Below, piece after piece: positions 20,408 through 32,308 of a stretch of 64,000 bases of DNA (positions are counted from its first letter, which is position 1; every line of letters starts with the position of its first letter). The notes under the pieces are model-generated. The model searched no databases and was not told the origin of the DNA. It was given only the letters and a program-made list of their open reading frames with translations. Source of the stretch: an uncultured Phycisphaerales bacterium (GTDB lineage Bacteria > Planctomycetota > Phycisphaerae > Sedimentisphaerales > Anaerobacaceae); contig CAVYYI010000004.1 of NCBI GenBank assembly GCA_963772725.1, positions 332,774 to 396,773 of the forward strand, written 5' to 3'. The position numbers and the translations under genes are program-made.

Positions 20408-21382
20408 TCAGTTAGTTTTGAGTTTTTGGTTTTGAGTTCGCCGCAGCGAATCTTCTATTTTGAGTTGTTCTCGTAATTTTTTGGCCTGCTCAGTTTTTCC
20501 ATTCTTTTCGTAAGCCCAGGCGAGATTGTTTAAGGATTGCGCTGTCAGTGGGTGTTCATTTCCAAGACATTTGGTTCTCATTTCAAGAGCCTTGCGGAAC
20601 AGCGAGACAGCCATTTCAATTTTGCCATCGTCCATATAAGCAGCCGCGAGATTATTATAAAAGTCGGCTGTGGTTATTTGGTTTGAACCAACGGTACTTT
20701 CGCTTATGGTCAATGCCTTTTCGTAAAGCGGGATGGCGTCTTTTAGTTTTCCAGTTTTCTGATAAACAGTTGCCAGATTATTTAACGCCTGAGCGATTCG
20801 GATGTCGTTGTAGTCGAGTGAATCCGTGTAAAGAACGAGGGCTTTTTTATACAATTCCGCCGCGGCATCGTATTTTTTCCGAGCGGCGTATAATCCGGCG
20901 AGGTTATTCATAGATACGGCAATTTCCGGATTGTTTGGTTCAAGATTTTCCTGCCTGAGCTTCAGCGCCCGTTGATAACAGGTCTCGGCCTGGTCATAAC
21001 GTCCCTGTGTTTTGGCTAGCAGCGCGGAATTGTTGAGGCACAGTGCAACGGCAGGGTGGTTCGGGCCATAGATTGTTTCAGTAATATTCAGGGCGGTTTT
21101 ATATAGAGGTTCCGCATGGTTGTATTTCCCCTGCGTTTTATAAATTAACGCCAGGTTATTCAATGCTGACGCAGTATTGATATGAACACGTCCGAAGGTT
21201 TGCTGTGCCAGATTTACGGATTGCTGAGCTAATTCTTCGGCTTGTTTGTATTTGCTTTGTTTAAAGAGGCTTACAACTTGTACGTTAAGCTGCTGCCAGT
21301 CAGTCTGTTTCGCGGCTGACGAACATGTCGATACGGATATTAGAACAATTCCAGCTAAAAATCTAAAAGCAGTCATATCCAT
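20408..21382 (-). CDS. Secreted tetratricopeptide-repeat protein (kinesin-light-chain-type TPRs)
   Basis: Repeated A.SLNNLA..Y...G.Y..A..LY..AL units. The ATG at 21382 is preferred over TTG 21415 because a TTGACA promoter lies at 21443-21448. Confidence 0.85.
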   Translation of the reverse strand: MDMTAFRFLAGIVLISVSTCSSAAKQTDWQQLNVQVVSLFKQSKYKQAEELAQQSVNLAQQTFGRVHINTASALNNLALIYKTQGKYNHAEPLYKTALNITETIYGPNHPAVALCLNNSALLAKTQGRYDQAETCYQRALKLRQENLEPNNPEIAVSMNNLAGLYAARKKYDAAAELYKKALVLYTDSLDYNDIRIAQALNNLATVYQKTGKLKDAIPLYEKALTISESTVGSNQITTADFYNNLAAAYMDDGKIEMAVSLFRKALEMRTKCLGNEHPLTAQSLNNLAWAYEKNGKTEQAKKLREQLKIEDSLRRTQNQKLKTN

Positions 21383-21547
21383 CTCACAAAAATTGACGAT
21401 TTTCGAAACTCGCAAATCAAAAATATAGTAAGATTAGTATTATGTCAATAGGCGAAAAACCTGTTTCAAGGTAATGGAGATGCCAAGCGTGTGTAATAAT
21501 AGGATTTAGAGTTGAGCTTAAAAGCAAAAGGAGATTGGGGAAAGCTG

Positions 21548-21590
21548 AAAAAAAGTACCGGACAGGCCTGAGATTCAGGACTGCCCGGTA
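21548..21590 (-). terminator. Intrinsic terminator of the 21616-25065 gene
   Basis: Minus strand TACCGGGCAGTCCTGA-atc-TCAGGCCTGTCCGGTA followed by C-T7. Confidence 0.75.
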
Positions 21591-21615
21591 TGTAACTTCT
21601 TTATATCGGAGGGAC

Positions 21616-24600
21616 TTAGTTGCTTACAAAAGTGAACTTCATAGCGTCGGCACAAGTACTTGTGGGGTCTTTTTGTGAAGCGATGGTCATTTTGTAAGAA
21701 GTGCCAGCCTTAAATCTGTATTGGCCGAGACTGTTCCATTTGCCGCCGTTAAGCTGCTGGTTTATGTAAACGGTCGTGGTTCTTCTGTCATAGGGAATAG
21801 AAACCGGTATTTTAGTGCTTCGTGATGGCCACTGTGTCCACCACATTGATGTGTCATAGATGCCGGACTTTGTTGGGGTAAAAGTCCATGTATAGGTTGC
21901 GCCATCTCTGCTCCAGACAGAACCCGTGCCATAGAAACCTGGTGCGTCTGAAGCGGCCCAAGTGCCGGTGCGGGAAGTGCTTGCGCTTGTATTGTCAATT
22001 ATTACCTGAGTAGAAGTTGCAACAGCATTGACGGTAAATATAACTGTAACAGAAGTTGTAAGTGTACCGTCGCTTGCAGTAAACTGCACAGGATATGAGC
22101 CTGTCTGATTAGCAGCCGGCGTCCAGTCGAAAGTCATATTCGTAAAAGTTGCTCCGGCTGGCATGTTTGCTGCGGTGACGGAAACTGCCTGTCCGTCCGG
22201 GTCAGATACGGCTATCATATATGTCAGATGCTCGCCAACGTTGAGAGTCTTATTGCCGAGAGTAACAATCACAGGGGGCCTGTTGATTCCGTCGACGGTG
22301 ATTGTTATGGTTTCGACGTCTTCGAGCATTCCGGAATTTGCTGTAAATGTGGCGTTATAATGCCCCGCTGTACCGGATGCCGGTGTCCAGGTAAAAATGT
22401 TATTCGCAAAGGTGGGCTGGCTTGGTAGATTATTATTGCTGAGAGTTACTGTTGTACCAGAATATGTCGGTACGACATTAAACGTCAGGGTTGAACCTGC
22501 ATCCACTTCCTTATTCCCTATCGGCTGGAATAAAAACGGCTGGTCCATATTATACAGCGTGCTGATTTCATCCGAGGTTAAAGAGCGGTTGTAAATCTTG
22601 ACCCTGTCGATTAAGCCGTTCATTGCCTCATTTCGGACTGTACCATTGCCATCGTTGCCGATATCGGCAGAGGAATTTAGATTTGTCAAGCCGGTGTATG
22701 TTCCGGAAGTAAGAAGCGTGCCGTTGAGGTAAACCGAATATTGCGTGCCGTTCCATGTCAGGGCTATGTGTTCCCACGTCTGCAAAGCCAGGGTGGCGAT
22801 GTTAGTAGCTGTTACATGCGAATCGCCCATACCGACACAGAGGCTGCCGTTATTGGCGTAGAGCTGAATTCGGCTGCCCCAGGTACCAGTAGTATGACCG
22901 AAGAAGTATTGAACGACTGTGTTGGTATTGAGAAGGGCGTTGACGACGATTGTGCCGCTGCTGACATTCCAGTTGTTTGTGGGAATTTGCACGGCATGAG
23001 TAATGCCATTGAATTGTATCTGGCTTTGTCCTGTCCATGATGCGCCGTTGAGGAGGATTCCATGATTATTTATCCCCGACCAGTCTTGTGCAGATGTTCC
23101 GCTGGTTTCTGTAAATTCCCAGTAGCCTGCCAGGCCGGAACTATTGGTATATGTCTTAGTTACAGCGGTCATTGTGTTACCGGATAAATCGCGGACATTG
23201 CTGACAGTAAGATGATATACTCCAAAGAGATTTTGAGTAGACGTCGTCAGTATTACCTTTCTTGTGCTGCTCTGATAGACGGCAGAGGTTATGCTGACAT
23301 AGTTGTCAATACCGTAGTTACTTTTTAGCTGTGCTGATGCTATGTCTAAAGCCTCATTGAAGATGATTTCGACTGATGTGGTGCCTGGACAAGTTATCGA
23401 AACTATATTGGGAGCGGCCTTGTCTGCTGTTGTGATATTTATTACCACCGTATCGGCAGCGGTCAAACCGCCGTTGTCGGTAACGGTCAAAATAATTGTG
23501 TGCTGTCCTGTTGCGAGATTGACGGTTGGATTGACGCCCGTCGCAATAGTTTGGCTGCCTTCGGTCCAGGTATAGCTGACAATGCTGCCGCCGGTGTCCG
23601 ACGAACCTGACCCATTAAGAATAACCTGTTCATTTCCTGAATTGTCGGTATCGGTGATTGTCTGGTCAGAGCCGGCATTGGCATTGGGCGGATTATTGGT
23701 GTTTGGCGGGGGTGGATTGCTGACCTGCGACCTGTAAGTATCCCACATAGTCTTAATAAAGGCTACTCCGGTATCGCCGGGTTGTACCCAGTCGCCTGAA
23801 CCAACTTGCGGGTCATTTCCATAGCCCATCCATCTGTCAACATAATCAAAGTAAGCCTCGTGGTTCCATAATGCCGTTTGCTGCATAAGCCTGACGGCAA
23901 GAGCGGTTCCGACCCAAGTGTAGGAGGTGCAGCAGTTTCTATAATCCTGGCAACCGTCGCCATTCAATGACGATGGCTTGCAGTCTTTTGTTCCTGTGCC
24001 GGAACAACTTGAAGTATAAGCGCTGGTGCAATTTCTGCCCCAGTACGCGACCTTGCTCTGACCTGGGTTGGCGCTGGCGGTTGTTCCATAATAGGTCTGG
24101 TCGTCTTCGCCAAAATCACAATTTACGGCTTTCATTGCGCTATTATTAAGCATAATACCGGCAAAAAGAATAGGCCATTTTCTGCCATTTGCATGTCCGC
24201 CGTCACCGTACCAGTTATTGCTGAGCAGCGACATATAATACAGATCGATGCCGGTTTGAACATAATTGATAAGCAAAGGGTCAAGCTGCTGGTCGGTATA
24301 ATCCAGTAAAAGCAGGCAAATTGCGGCACTGGTGGCTGTTCCGATTTCACGGCCATAGTTAGGCATATTTGAGAGGGGATGCATCATTCTTGCGGTCCAG
24401 CCGGGTTTGTGGTCGAGCCAAACTTCCTTAAAATAACCGGCAACTTCTGTTACATAAGTAGCCGAAGGTTTGCCCGCTAACGGCAATTTCATTAATTTAC
24501 TTCTATCCAGACTGGTTGTCAAAAAGGTCGGTTTTGATGTGCCGACATAAGGAGGCCTGAAGCTGTTGGCGCTGGGAACTGATGAAACCACTGTTAGAAC

Positions 24601-25065
24601 AGCTGCCCTTTGAATATAGCAATGAGCGGGCTGTACGGCAGCGCCGAGCAAATCAGTACTGTTGGTGGTGGCGTTTCTGCTTTGAGTTGAGACCAGCGAA
24701 TCGCCAGCGTGGAGAGTTTTTGGAAAACTTATGCTCAAGGAAGATGAATAACCATCCACCCTCCCATCGTAACCCTGTGAAGAGCCGCCCATAGGATTAA
24801 TCATAGAACCGTTGCTTGAACCACTCGGCGAGGGACTGACTGAGGTAACCTGAACACCGCTGCCGCTATCTAAAACCCAATAATCGCCGTTAGCGTATTG
24901 GCCTGTCTGATAATTAGCGCCGAAATTCCAAGTGATACCATTCTTTATAACTGACGTCGCGGCAAACGCCCCTGGCAGAAAAACCCCAATCAGCAGTAAT
25001 CCTATTACTGTCCGCAATCTGATGTTAAACGTTTTTGCTTTAGATACTTCTTGTATCTTTGCCAT
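21616..25065 (-). CDS. Large secreted modular protein: unknown ~420-aa N-domain, PKD, Ig-like, LamG, two cadherin/He_PIG-like repeats and a C-terminal golvesin/Xly-CBD-like domain
   Basis: Signal peptide; NNPPNANAGSDQ...SIVSYTW (PKD); LAGYWEF...WEHIALTW...IDRVKIYNRSL (LamG); FTWTP repeats; IIDN...GTW...SMWW...CADA domain. Confidence 0.8.
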   Translation of the reverse strand: MAKIQEVSKAKTFNIRLRTVIGLLLIGVFLPGAFAATSVIKNGITWNFGANYQTGQYANGDYWVLDSGSGVQVTSVSPSPSGSSNGSMINPMGGSSQGYDGRVDGYSSSLSISFPKTLHAGDSLVSTQSRNATTNSTDLLGAAVQPAHCYIQRAAVLTVVSSVPSANSFRPPYVGTSKPTFLTTSLDRSKLMKLPLAGKPSATYVTEVAGYFKEVWLDHKPGWTARMMHPLSNMPNYGREIGTATSAAICLLLLDYTDQQLDPLLINYVQTGIDLYYMSLLSNNWYGDGGHANGRKWPILFAGIMLNNSAMKAVNCDFGEDDQTYYGTTASANPGQSKVAYWGRNCTSAYTSSCSGTGTKDCKPSSLNGDGCQDYRNCCTSYTWVGTALAVRLMQQTALWNHEAYFDYVDRWMGYGNDPQVGSGDWVQPGDTGVAFIKTMWDTYRSQVSNPPPPNTNNPPNANAGSDQTITDTDNSGNEQVILNGSGSSDTGGSIVSYTWTEGSQTIATGVNPTVNLATGQHTIILTVTDNGGLTAADTVVINITTADKAAPNIVSITCPGTTSVEIIFNEALDIASAQLKSNYGIDNYVSITSAVYQSSTRKVILTTSTQNLFGVYHLTVSNVRDLSGNTMTAVTKTYTNSSGLAGYWEFTETSGTSAQDWSGINNHGILLNGASWTGQSQIQFNGITHAVQIPTNNWNVSSGTIVVNALLNTNTVVQYFFGHTTGTWGSRIQLYANNGSLCVGMGDSHVTATNIATLALQTWEHIALTWNGTQYSVYLNGTLLTSGTYTGLTNLNSSADIGNDGNGTVRNEAMNGLIDRVKIYNRSLTSDEISTLYNMDQPFLFQPIGNKEVDAGSTLTFNVVPTYSGTTVTLSNNNLPSQPTFANNIFTWTPASGTAGHYNATFTANSGMLEDVETITITVDGINRPPVIVTLGNKTLNVGEHLTYMIAVSDPDGQAVSVTAANMPAGATFTNMTFDWTPAANQTGSYPVQFTASDGTLTTSVTVIFTVNAVATSTQVIIDNTSASTSRTGTWAASDAPGFYGTGSVWSRDGATYTWTFTPTKSGIYDTSMWWTQWPSRSTKIPVSIPYDRRTTTVYINQQLNGGKWNSLGQYRFKAGTSYKMTIASQKDPTSTCADAMKFTFVSN

Positions 25066-26171
25066 AATACCTTTCCTTTCAAAATTATAGAGTAAGTTAA
25101 ATTCGTTTCAACTTTTTTTAGAAGCAAAACAACACTCTGAGTAAGATTTTTAAATTCAATCGGTGCTGCACAACTTAATTCTGATAATGGGAGTCAAAAA
25201 GTTCCAAACCTGTTTTTTCAGCTTGATTTACGGCAATGTTTTGAAGTCGGGAGATTCCGCCCGATAGATACAATATCATTGCCCGATATTCGTTTTCTAT
25301 ATACTCAAATGCTTTTGCTTCTGCAGATTCATATACCTTTGCCGCAATAGCCTTTTTTCTCACGGCTAATTTTGACTCCTTTCAATTTTTTGCGACACCA
25401 AACCGGCACTCCTGACGGTATATCCAAAGGTAAGCAATCACTACGCTCCTCGCCATGTTCCTATTATTGTTACGACACGTATGGTGTTTTACCTTATATT
25501 AACTATCGTAATAATACCTACGTTTGGTCAAGGGAAATGTGCTATTTTTATATTCTGATTCATCCCACAGGCGTAGAATAAGGCAGAAAAAGCCTAAAAG
25601 CAATGTGGAACCGCGGAATTTGTCTATTTCCATTTGGACCTTATACCGCATGGAAATCTTCGGAAAGGTTGGCGATATGGCCCGGCGGATTTTTTTGTAA
25701 GAGCTATGCTTACCGTACAATAGGGGTTCCGGTGGATATAAAGAGTAGGGGCAGCCCTGATTTACAAAGACGGATGTTCTGTTAAAATAGCGAAGAAATG
25801 AAATATTAAATCGTGTGTGATGTTAGCCGCATCAGTTTTTCCGCGGCTTAAAAAAAGGCAACGATGTAAGATGTCAGAATATGGGGGTTTAAGTTATGTG
25901 TTACTACCGACCCAATAAAAGCAGAAGCAATGCTTAGGGAAAGTGGACTAATCAGAATCGCTCTGCCGCTGTTTTTATGTAATCACCCGGCGGGAGTAAT
26001 GAATCTGATAGAAAAAACATGACTGTTTTCCCCTATTTTATGACTGAATGTTTTGAAGGTAACAAGGTTTGAAAAAGCCTTATGCAGCCGAGAGGGACGG
26101 AGTCTAAGCGGACCGAGTAAATGTGTAATTGTCAGTTAATGTAAACAACAAATTTTTTTTGGGGGTGTATC

Positions 26172-29100
26172 ATGGCATTAAGAATAGAAACCTTTACATT
26201 ATTGAAATCGAATCTGATTGTAAAAACTCTTCACAGAATGCTTCTGCGTATGAAGCTGGCGGTAATTTTATTGGTTTTCTTCTCTGCTGTCGGCAGCGGT
26301 TATGCTGCCGACATAATCATAGACAACAGGGACGCGGCAACCTCGAAAACAGGTAATTGGCAGGTTTCCGGCGCCTCGGGTTTCTATGGTACGGATTGTG
26401 TATGGAGCAGGGACGGAGCGACATTCAGCTTTAATTTTACTCCGACGCAAAGCGGGCAATATGATTTATCGATGTGGTGGACACAATGGTCATCACGGAC
26501 ACCAATATTCCTGTGGATATTCAAAATTCCAATGGAACTGCGAGGGTTTATATAAATCAGCAGCTTAACGGCGGCAAGTGGAACAGCCTTGGTCAATATA
26601 CATTTAACGCGGGCACTTTATATAAGATTACGATTACCTCGCAACGTGACCCGACAAGTACCTGTGCTGACGCGGTGAAGTTTACACTTATAAGCGCCGT
26701 TAATAATCCGCCTGTCGCGGCAATAGATTCAATCGCTCCGAATCCCTCTATTGTGGACCAGTCTGTTAGTTTTACCGGCCACGGCACGGATACAGATGGA
26801 AATGTTGTGGCGTATAACTGGACATCGAGTATTGATGCAAATCTTAGCAATACCGCATCTTTCTCGACAGCAGTACTTTCGCAGGGACAGCACACGATAA
26901 CATTCAAAGTCCAGGACAATAAGGGTACGTGGTCGCAGCCGGTTAACCAGTCACTGATTATACAAGCGGCAACCAATATACCACCTGCAGCTATTATTGA
27001 CTCAATAACACCAAATCCCTCCACCGTAGCCCAGTCTGTTAGTTTCAGCGGCCACGGTACGGATTCGGATGGAAATGTTGTGGCGTATAACTGGGCATCG
27101 AGTATTGATGCAAATCTCAGCAATACCGCATCTTTCTCGACAGTCGCACTTTCACAGGGACAGCACACGATAACATTCAAAGTCCAGGACAATAAGGGTA
27201 CGTGGTCGCAGCCGGTTAACGAGTCACTAATTATACAAGCGGCAACCAATATACCACCTGCAGCTATTATTGACTCAATAACACCAAATCCCTCCACCGT
27301 AGCCCAGTCTGTTAGTTTCAGCGGCCACGGTACGGATTCGGATGGAAATGTTGTGGCATATAACTGGACTTCGAACATTGATGCAAATCTCAGCAATACC
27401 GCATCTTTCTCAACAGTCGCACTTTCACAGGGACAGCACACGATAACATTCAAGGTTCAGGACAATAAGGGCGCATGGTCATTGCCCGTAACCAGGAATC
27501 TTGTCGTAAACGCGGTTTCCTCTGAAGTTATCATAGATAATGGCGCCGCAGGGACATCTTCCACCGGCCCTTGGACAGCGTCAGGAGCACCTAATCCATA
27601 CGGAGCTAATTCTGTGTGGAGTTACAGTGGAGCTACCTATACGTGGTCATTTAAGCCGACAGTTACCGGAACATATCGAGTCTCAATGTGGTGGACCGCT
27701 CTTTCGAGCAGAAGCAGCAGTGTGCCGGTAACTATTCAGTATAGCGGTGGTACCGCAAATGCTGCTATTAATCAGCAGCAAAACGGCGGAATGTGGAATG
27801 TCATCGGAGAATACGCCTTTAACGCGGGAACAACCTATAACATAAAGATAACCGCACCAGCGGGAAGCCCGCCAAGCACCTGCGCCGACGCGGTGAAGTT
27901 TACGCTTACAAGCTCGGTGAATATACCGCCTGTCGCTGTTATAGATTCGATAACACCGAATCCCTCGATTGTTGGCCAGTCTGTTAGTTTCACAGGCCAC
28001 GGAACAGATTCCGATGGAACTATTACAGCTTATAACTGGACTTCGAGTATTGATGCAAATCTCAGCAATACCGCATCTTTCTTGACAGTCGCACTTTCAC
28101 AGGGACAACACACGGTAACATTCAAGGTTCAGGACAATAAAGGTGTGTGGTCGTCACCTGTAACACAGAATCTTGTTATAGCTCCTGCGGAAAAAATCAT
28201 AGACAATCGCGATGCGGCGACATCTAAAACAGGCACATGGCAGGTTTCCGGCGCCCCGGGTTTCTATGGTCAGGATGCTGTCTGGAGCAGAGACGGCGCG
28301 ACATTCAGTTTTAACTTTACTCCGACCCTAAGCGGGCTATATGGTTTATCAATGTGGTGGACACAGTGGCCATCACGAAGTACCAACATTCCTGTGGATA
28401 TTCAAAATTCCAATGGAACAACGAGGGTTTATATAAATCAACAGGTTAACGGTGGTAAGTGGAACAGTATCGGTCAATATACATTTACCGCGGGCATTTT
28501 GTATAAGATTACGATTACCTCGCAGAGCGACCCGACAAGTACCTGTGCTGATGCCGTGAAGTTGACATTTGTAAATGTTGTTAATACACCTCCTGTTGCT
28601 GTGATTGACTCTATAAATCCGGACCCTGCTATGCCTGGCGACAGGATTACCCTGCAAGGCAGCGGCAGTGACAGCGATGGTACAGTAGTCGCCTACAACT
28701 GGCGCTCGAGCATAAACGGTACGCTTGGAACTTCGAAAACCTTAAGCACATCATCGCTTTCAGCGGGGACTCACACAATATACTTCAAAGTTCAGGATAA
28801 TAAAGGCCTCTGGTCGCCGGAAGTTTCCGCAACGCTTGATATCGGCTTAGAGCATATATATGTCGCGTGTGCGTATGGCGGGAAAACGGACGAGAAGCCG
28901 ATGATGACTTCCATGCTGCAGAATATCGGCGCCGTTCAAAACGGCGATGTATGGACATATATCGATCAGAATAAACACAAGACTTATATTATAACTTTTG
29001 TAAATGATTTGCCTGGAATAGTGGATGCGTTAACTACTTTCGGCGCCCATGTTATCCTTAGCGCTCACTCAAATTACGGTTTGGGGCCTTGTTTTGCGAC

Positions 29101-31393
29101 AGCTTCAGAAAGAAACAATGAGATGATTGAAGACATCACATATATAGATGATGACAGGATATTGAACCTTGCCAGCCCATGGGTAAGTGTATCAATAAGC
29201 GGTATGAGGACGGGGCAGGCATACCCATACTGGTGGCCGACTTATAAGGATGGCACAAGCGGTATTATGCCGTACGATTTCAATGACCCCAACGGAGACC
29301 CGGCATACAATTACTATTTAACTTACCAGATTCCCGGCGACCCCGAATATTATAAAGTTGAAACCGTTAACAATAGCGCTGTCAAGAGATATTGGGATTG
29401 CGGCAAAGAGGCATGGTATTCCACGACCGGAGCCGTTCCAAATCCTAAAGACCCGAACGACCAAAAATACTACATTACCAACACAGCATCCTGGTCACCT
29501 TCTTTCCAAACCGCCGGTACCTGGTTCCAGTACCAGGATCTCCCAGCCCAACGTGATAACAGCGAGTATTTTAAGGAAAATTACATTTACAAAACCGCAG
29601 GTACGGGTAACGCTTATGCAAAATGGCTTTTCCATATCCCAACTGCCGGCAATTATGTGATATCAGCGTGGTGGCCTGCGGCATCTTCAAATGCTTCTAA
29701 CGCTCCCTATACAATAACCTATCCCGGCGGTAATACCACCGTAAAAGTTGACCAGCGGATTAACGGTCGCCGCTGGAACAGTTTAGGGCAGTTTTATTTC
29801 GATGCCAACGATTATTCGGTAACTCTCAAGGATAATGCTTCCAGCGGAAGAGTTATCGCTGATGGGATTAGAATATCACATGCCAACAATCCGCCGGAAG
29901 TTGTACAGGCTGATTTTGTTGCTGAAACAAGAAGCGGCCCTGCGCCTCTGACAGTGGAATTCGAAAACAACAGTTCCGGAGATTTGACCGACAGAACATG
30001 GAATATGGGAGATGGTTACACAAATACCACCAGGGACGAAATTGAGCACATATATACCTCTCCGGGTACTTACAATGTAAGCCTGACTGTATCAGGACCG
30101 CTTGGAAGCAGTACAAGAACAAAAACCGGATACATTAGAGTCTGGTCTGGAACTCAGGAGCCTCCGCTTCAGGCAGAGTTTGACGCGAGAGGAAAATCCG
30201 GTGCGGTACCACGTTCTGTTCGCTTTAGCGACCTTAGCACAGGCGACCTGTCAGATGTGAATGAATCATGGCTGTGGGATTTTGGCGATGGGCAGACAAG
30301 TCATGCTCAGAATCCAACGCATGTTTACTCGGCTGTCGGAAATTACACGGTTAAACTTACCGTGAAAGACCCCAGCGGCGCTACGTCTTCTGAAACCAAG
30401 CAGAATTTTGTCAGGGTAATAGTTTACGAGAAAAATATTGATAATGTTGATTATCCAAAAACTCATTTCAGCAGCAAAACAATGCTCTATACCAAAGAGC
30501 TCGGCGTACAGGAAGACAATATAAAATACTCGAGACTGTTATACGGAAGCTGCAACAGCGCAAATTATTTCATTGATTTGTTCCACCGCGGAGTCTTTTA
30601 CTATGCGGTGAATACCTCCGGTGAAGAAGAACCGGTAGTCTATTTACAGTCTTATCTGCAGGGTAAATCCGACTATGAAATATGGCAGGATATGCAGGCG
30701 GTCAGTCCGGTATATGATTATTACAATTTCAATTTGCCGCCTGGACAGGCACAGCAGCAGAGTACTCTTGTTGCCGCAGCCGCAAGTACTATGACACCGC
30801 AGGCCGCACCGCTTGATGCTGAACAGCAGGCCCAAATCCGGCAGTTGAAGAAACTTTCTGTTTCGGATGCCTTTGAAAAGCTTCAGGGTAATAAGTTTTT
30901 GGTTAATGAGCGGTTCCTTGAAAGGGCAATTTCCGCGACTTACACCGGTTCTAAAGAGCAGGCGGTAGAATTAGCTCTTGCGCACATAAATACACCTTCG
31001 ATTGACATTGTTGACGGAGTTCGTGTCAAACGAATGAAAGATTTTCATATAGCAAAGAAAATTTTGCATCAGTTCCCGGAAATTTCCTGTGAGCAACTGC
31101 TGTTATTCTATTATTGCGGAAGCCCATCGACAAAGGCTAATGTTATTCTGGCGGCAGGGGGATTGGCTGACCAGCAGCAGATTTACGATATGCTTATAAA
31201 CGCTCTTGATGACAAGACCGTTTGCGAAAACGACAAATCCGAATTTGACGGTGAGCCGTTAAGAATTTGTGACTTGGCTTACAATCAGCTTGTCCTGAAT
31301 CTGCAAATCACCGGGGTTTTACGCACAATTCGCACTGACCAGAATATTGACCAGCGAGATTACCACATAGACATGCTTAAGAAGCAACTGTAA
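26172..31393 (+). CDS. Giant secreted modular protein (~1740 aa): four Xly-CBD-like domains, about seven PKD/Ig-like domains, a putative catalytic region and a helical C-terminus; frameshift ~26499
   Basis: ORF 26172-26555 joins ORF 26474-31393; the internal repeat near 28370 (CCATCACGAAGTACCAAC) shows one base is missing at TCATCACGGACACCAAT. Confidence 0.8.
26700..27518 (+). repeat. Three near-identical tandem 273-bp (91-aa) PKD/Ig-like coding repeats
   Basis: Matching blocks recur at a 273-bp offset, e.g. TACAAGCGGCAACC at 26961 and 27234. Confidence 0.9.
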
Positions 31394-31449
31394 ACGAAAT
31401 TAAAAGAGATAAAACATACTATTTTACATTTAGCGGGAGACTTTACAAT

Positions 31450-32290
31450 ATGAGTAATTCAGCGGTTAAGGATGTGCCGGTAACAATAATCAAGCCCCGA
31501 AAAGGCTGGCAGGTTGTGGATTTCGGCGGAATTGAAGGAATACCGCGATTTATTCTTCTTCCTTATTTTGCGTGACATAAAAATATTGTATGCTCAGACG
31601 ATACTTGGTTTTGCCTGGGCGATTTTGAATCCTCTTTCGCAGATATTTATCTTCACTTTGGTCTTCGGAAGGGTGGCCAAAGTTTCCTCTGAGGGGATGC
31701 CGTACCTGATTTTTTGCGCCGTCGCGATTATCCCGTGGACATATATGTCTCAGGCGCTGATGCAGTCAGGTCAGAGTCTTATCACGGGCCAGGCGATGCT
31801 CGATAAGGTGTATTTCCCGAGACTGCTGTTTCCATTGACGCCGGTATTTTCAAAACTGGTTGACTTCACTATTTCGCTGGTGATTCTGCTGGCTTTGCTT
31901 GTCTATTACAGGGTAACGCCGACAATAAATCTTCTGTTGCTGCCTCTATTTATCATTATGATGATTAGCATACCGGCGGCTTTGGGGGTGGGGCTTTCTT
32001 CGCTGGCGATTCGGTTCCGTGACGTCAAATTCGCGATGGATTTTGTCGTCCACATGCTGATGTTTTCGGCGCCGATTATCTACTCTGCCTCTTCAATACA
32101 TGAAAAATACAGATTCATTTACTCGATAAACCCGCTTGTTGGCGTAACAGAAGGAATGCGTGCCTGTCTTCTTGGAACAAAGATTCCGTGGGAATTTATT
32201 TGGCCAGGTATGGTTACAACCGTTCTCCTGGCAATAGGCAGTGCACTGTATTTCAGACGGACAGAGCGGGTATTTGCAGACGTTATATAA
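31450..32290 (+). CDS. wzm: ABC-2 polysaccharide export permease; frameshift ~31525
   Basis: MSNSAVKDVPVTIIKPRKGWQVVDF joins ELKEYRDLFFFLILRDIKILYAQTILGFAW; KVYFPR and INPL motifs. Confidence 0.88.
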
Positions 32291-32308
32291 CTATTTTGGA
32301 GTATTTAA

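Noticed and set aside
21421..21450. dif site (TTATGTCAAT resembles an XerD arm)
   Set aside because: There is no matching XerC arm; it is better explained as the TTGACA -35 box of the TPR gene.
25400..26170. c-di-GMP riboswitch or ops/JUMPstart element ahead of the EPS genes
   Set aside because: No recognisable GEMM core or GGCGGTAG element was found by eye.
26700..28600. CRISPR array or diversity-generating retroelement template/variable repeats
   Set aside because: The repeats are in-frame 273-bp or longer protein domains, with no spacers, no adenine-specific variation, and no cas or reverse transcriptase gene.
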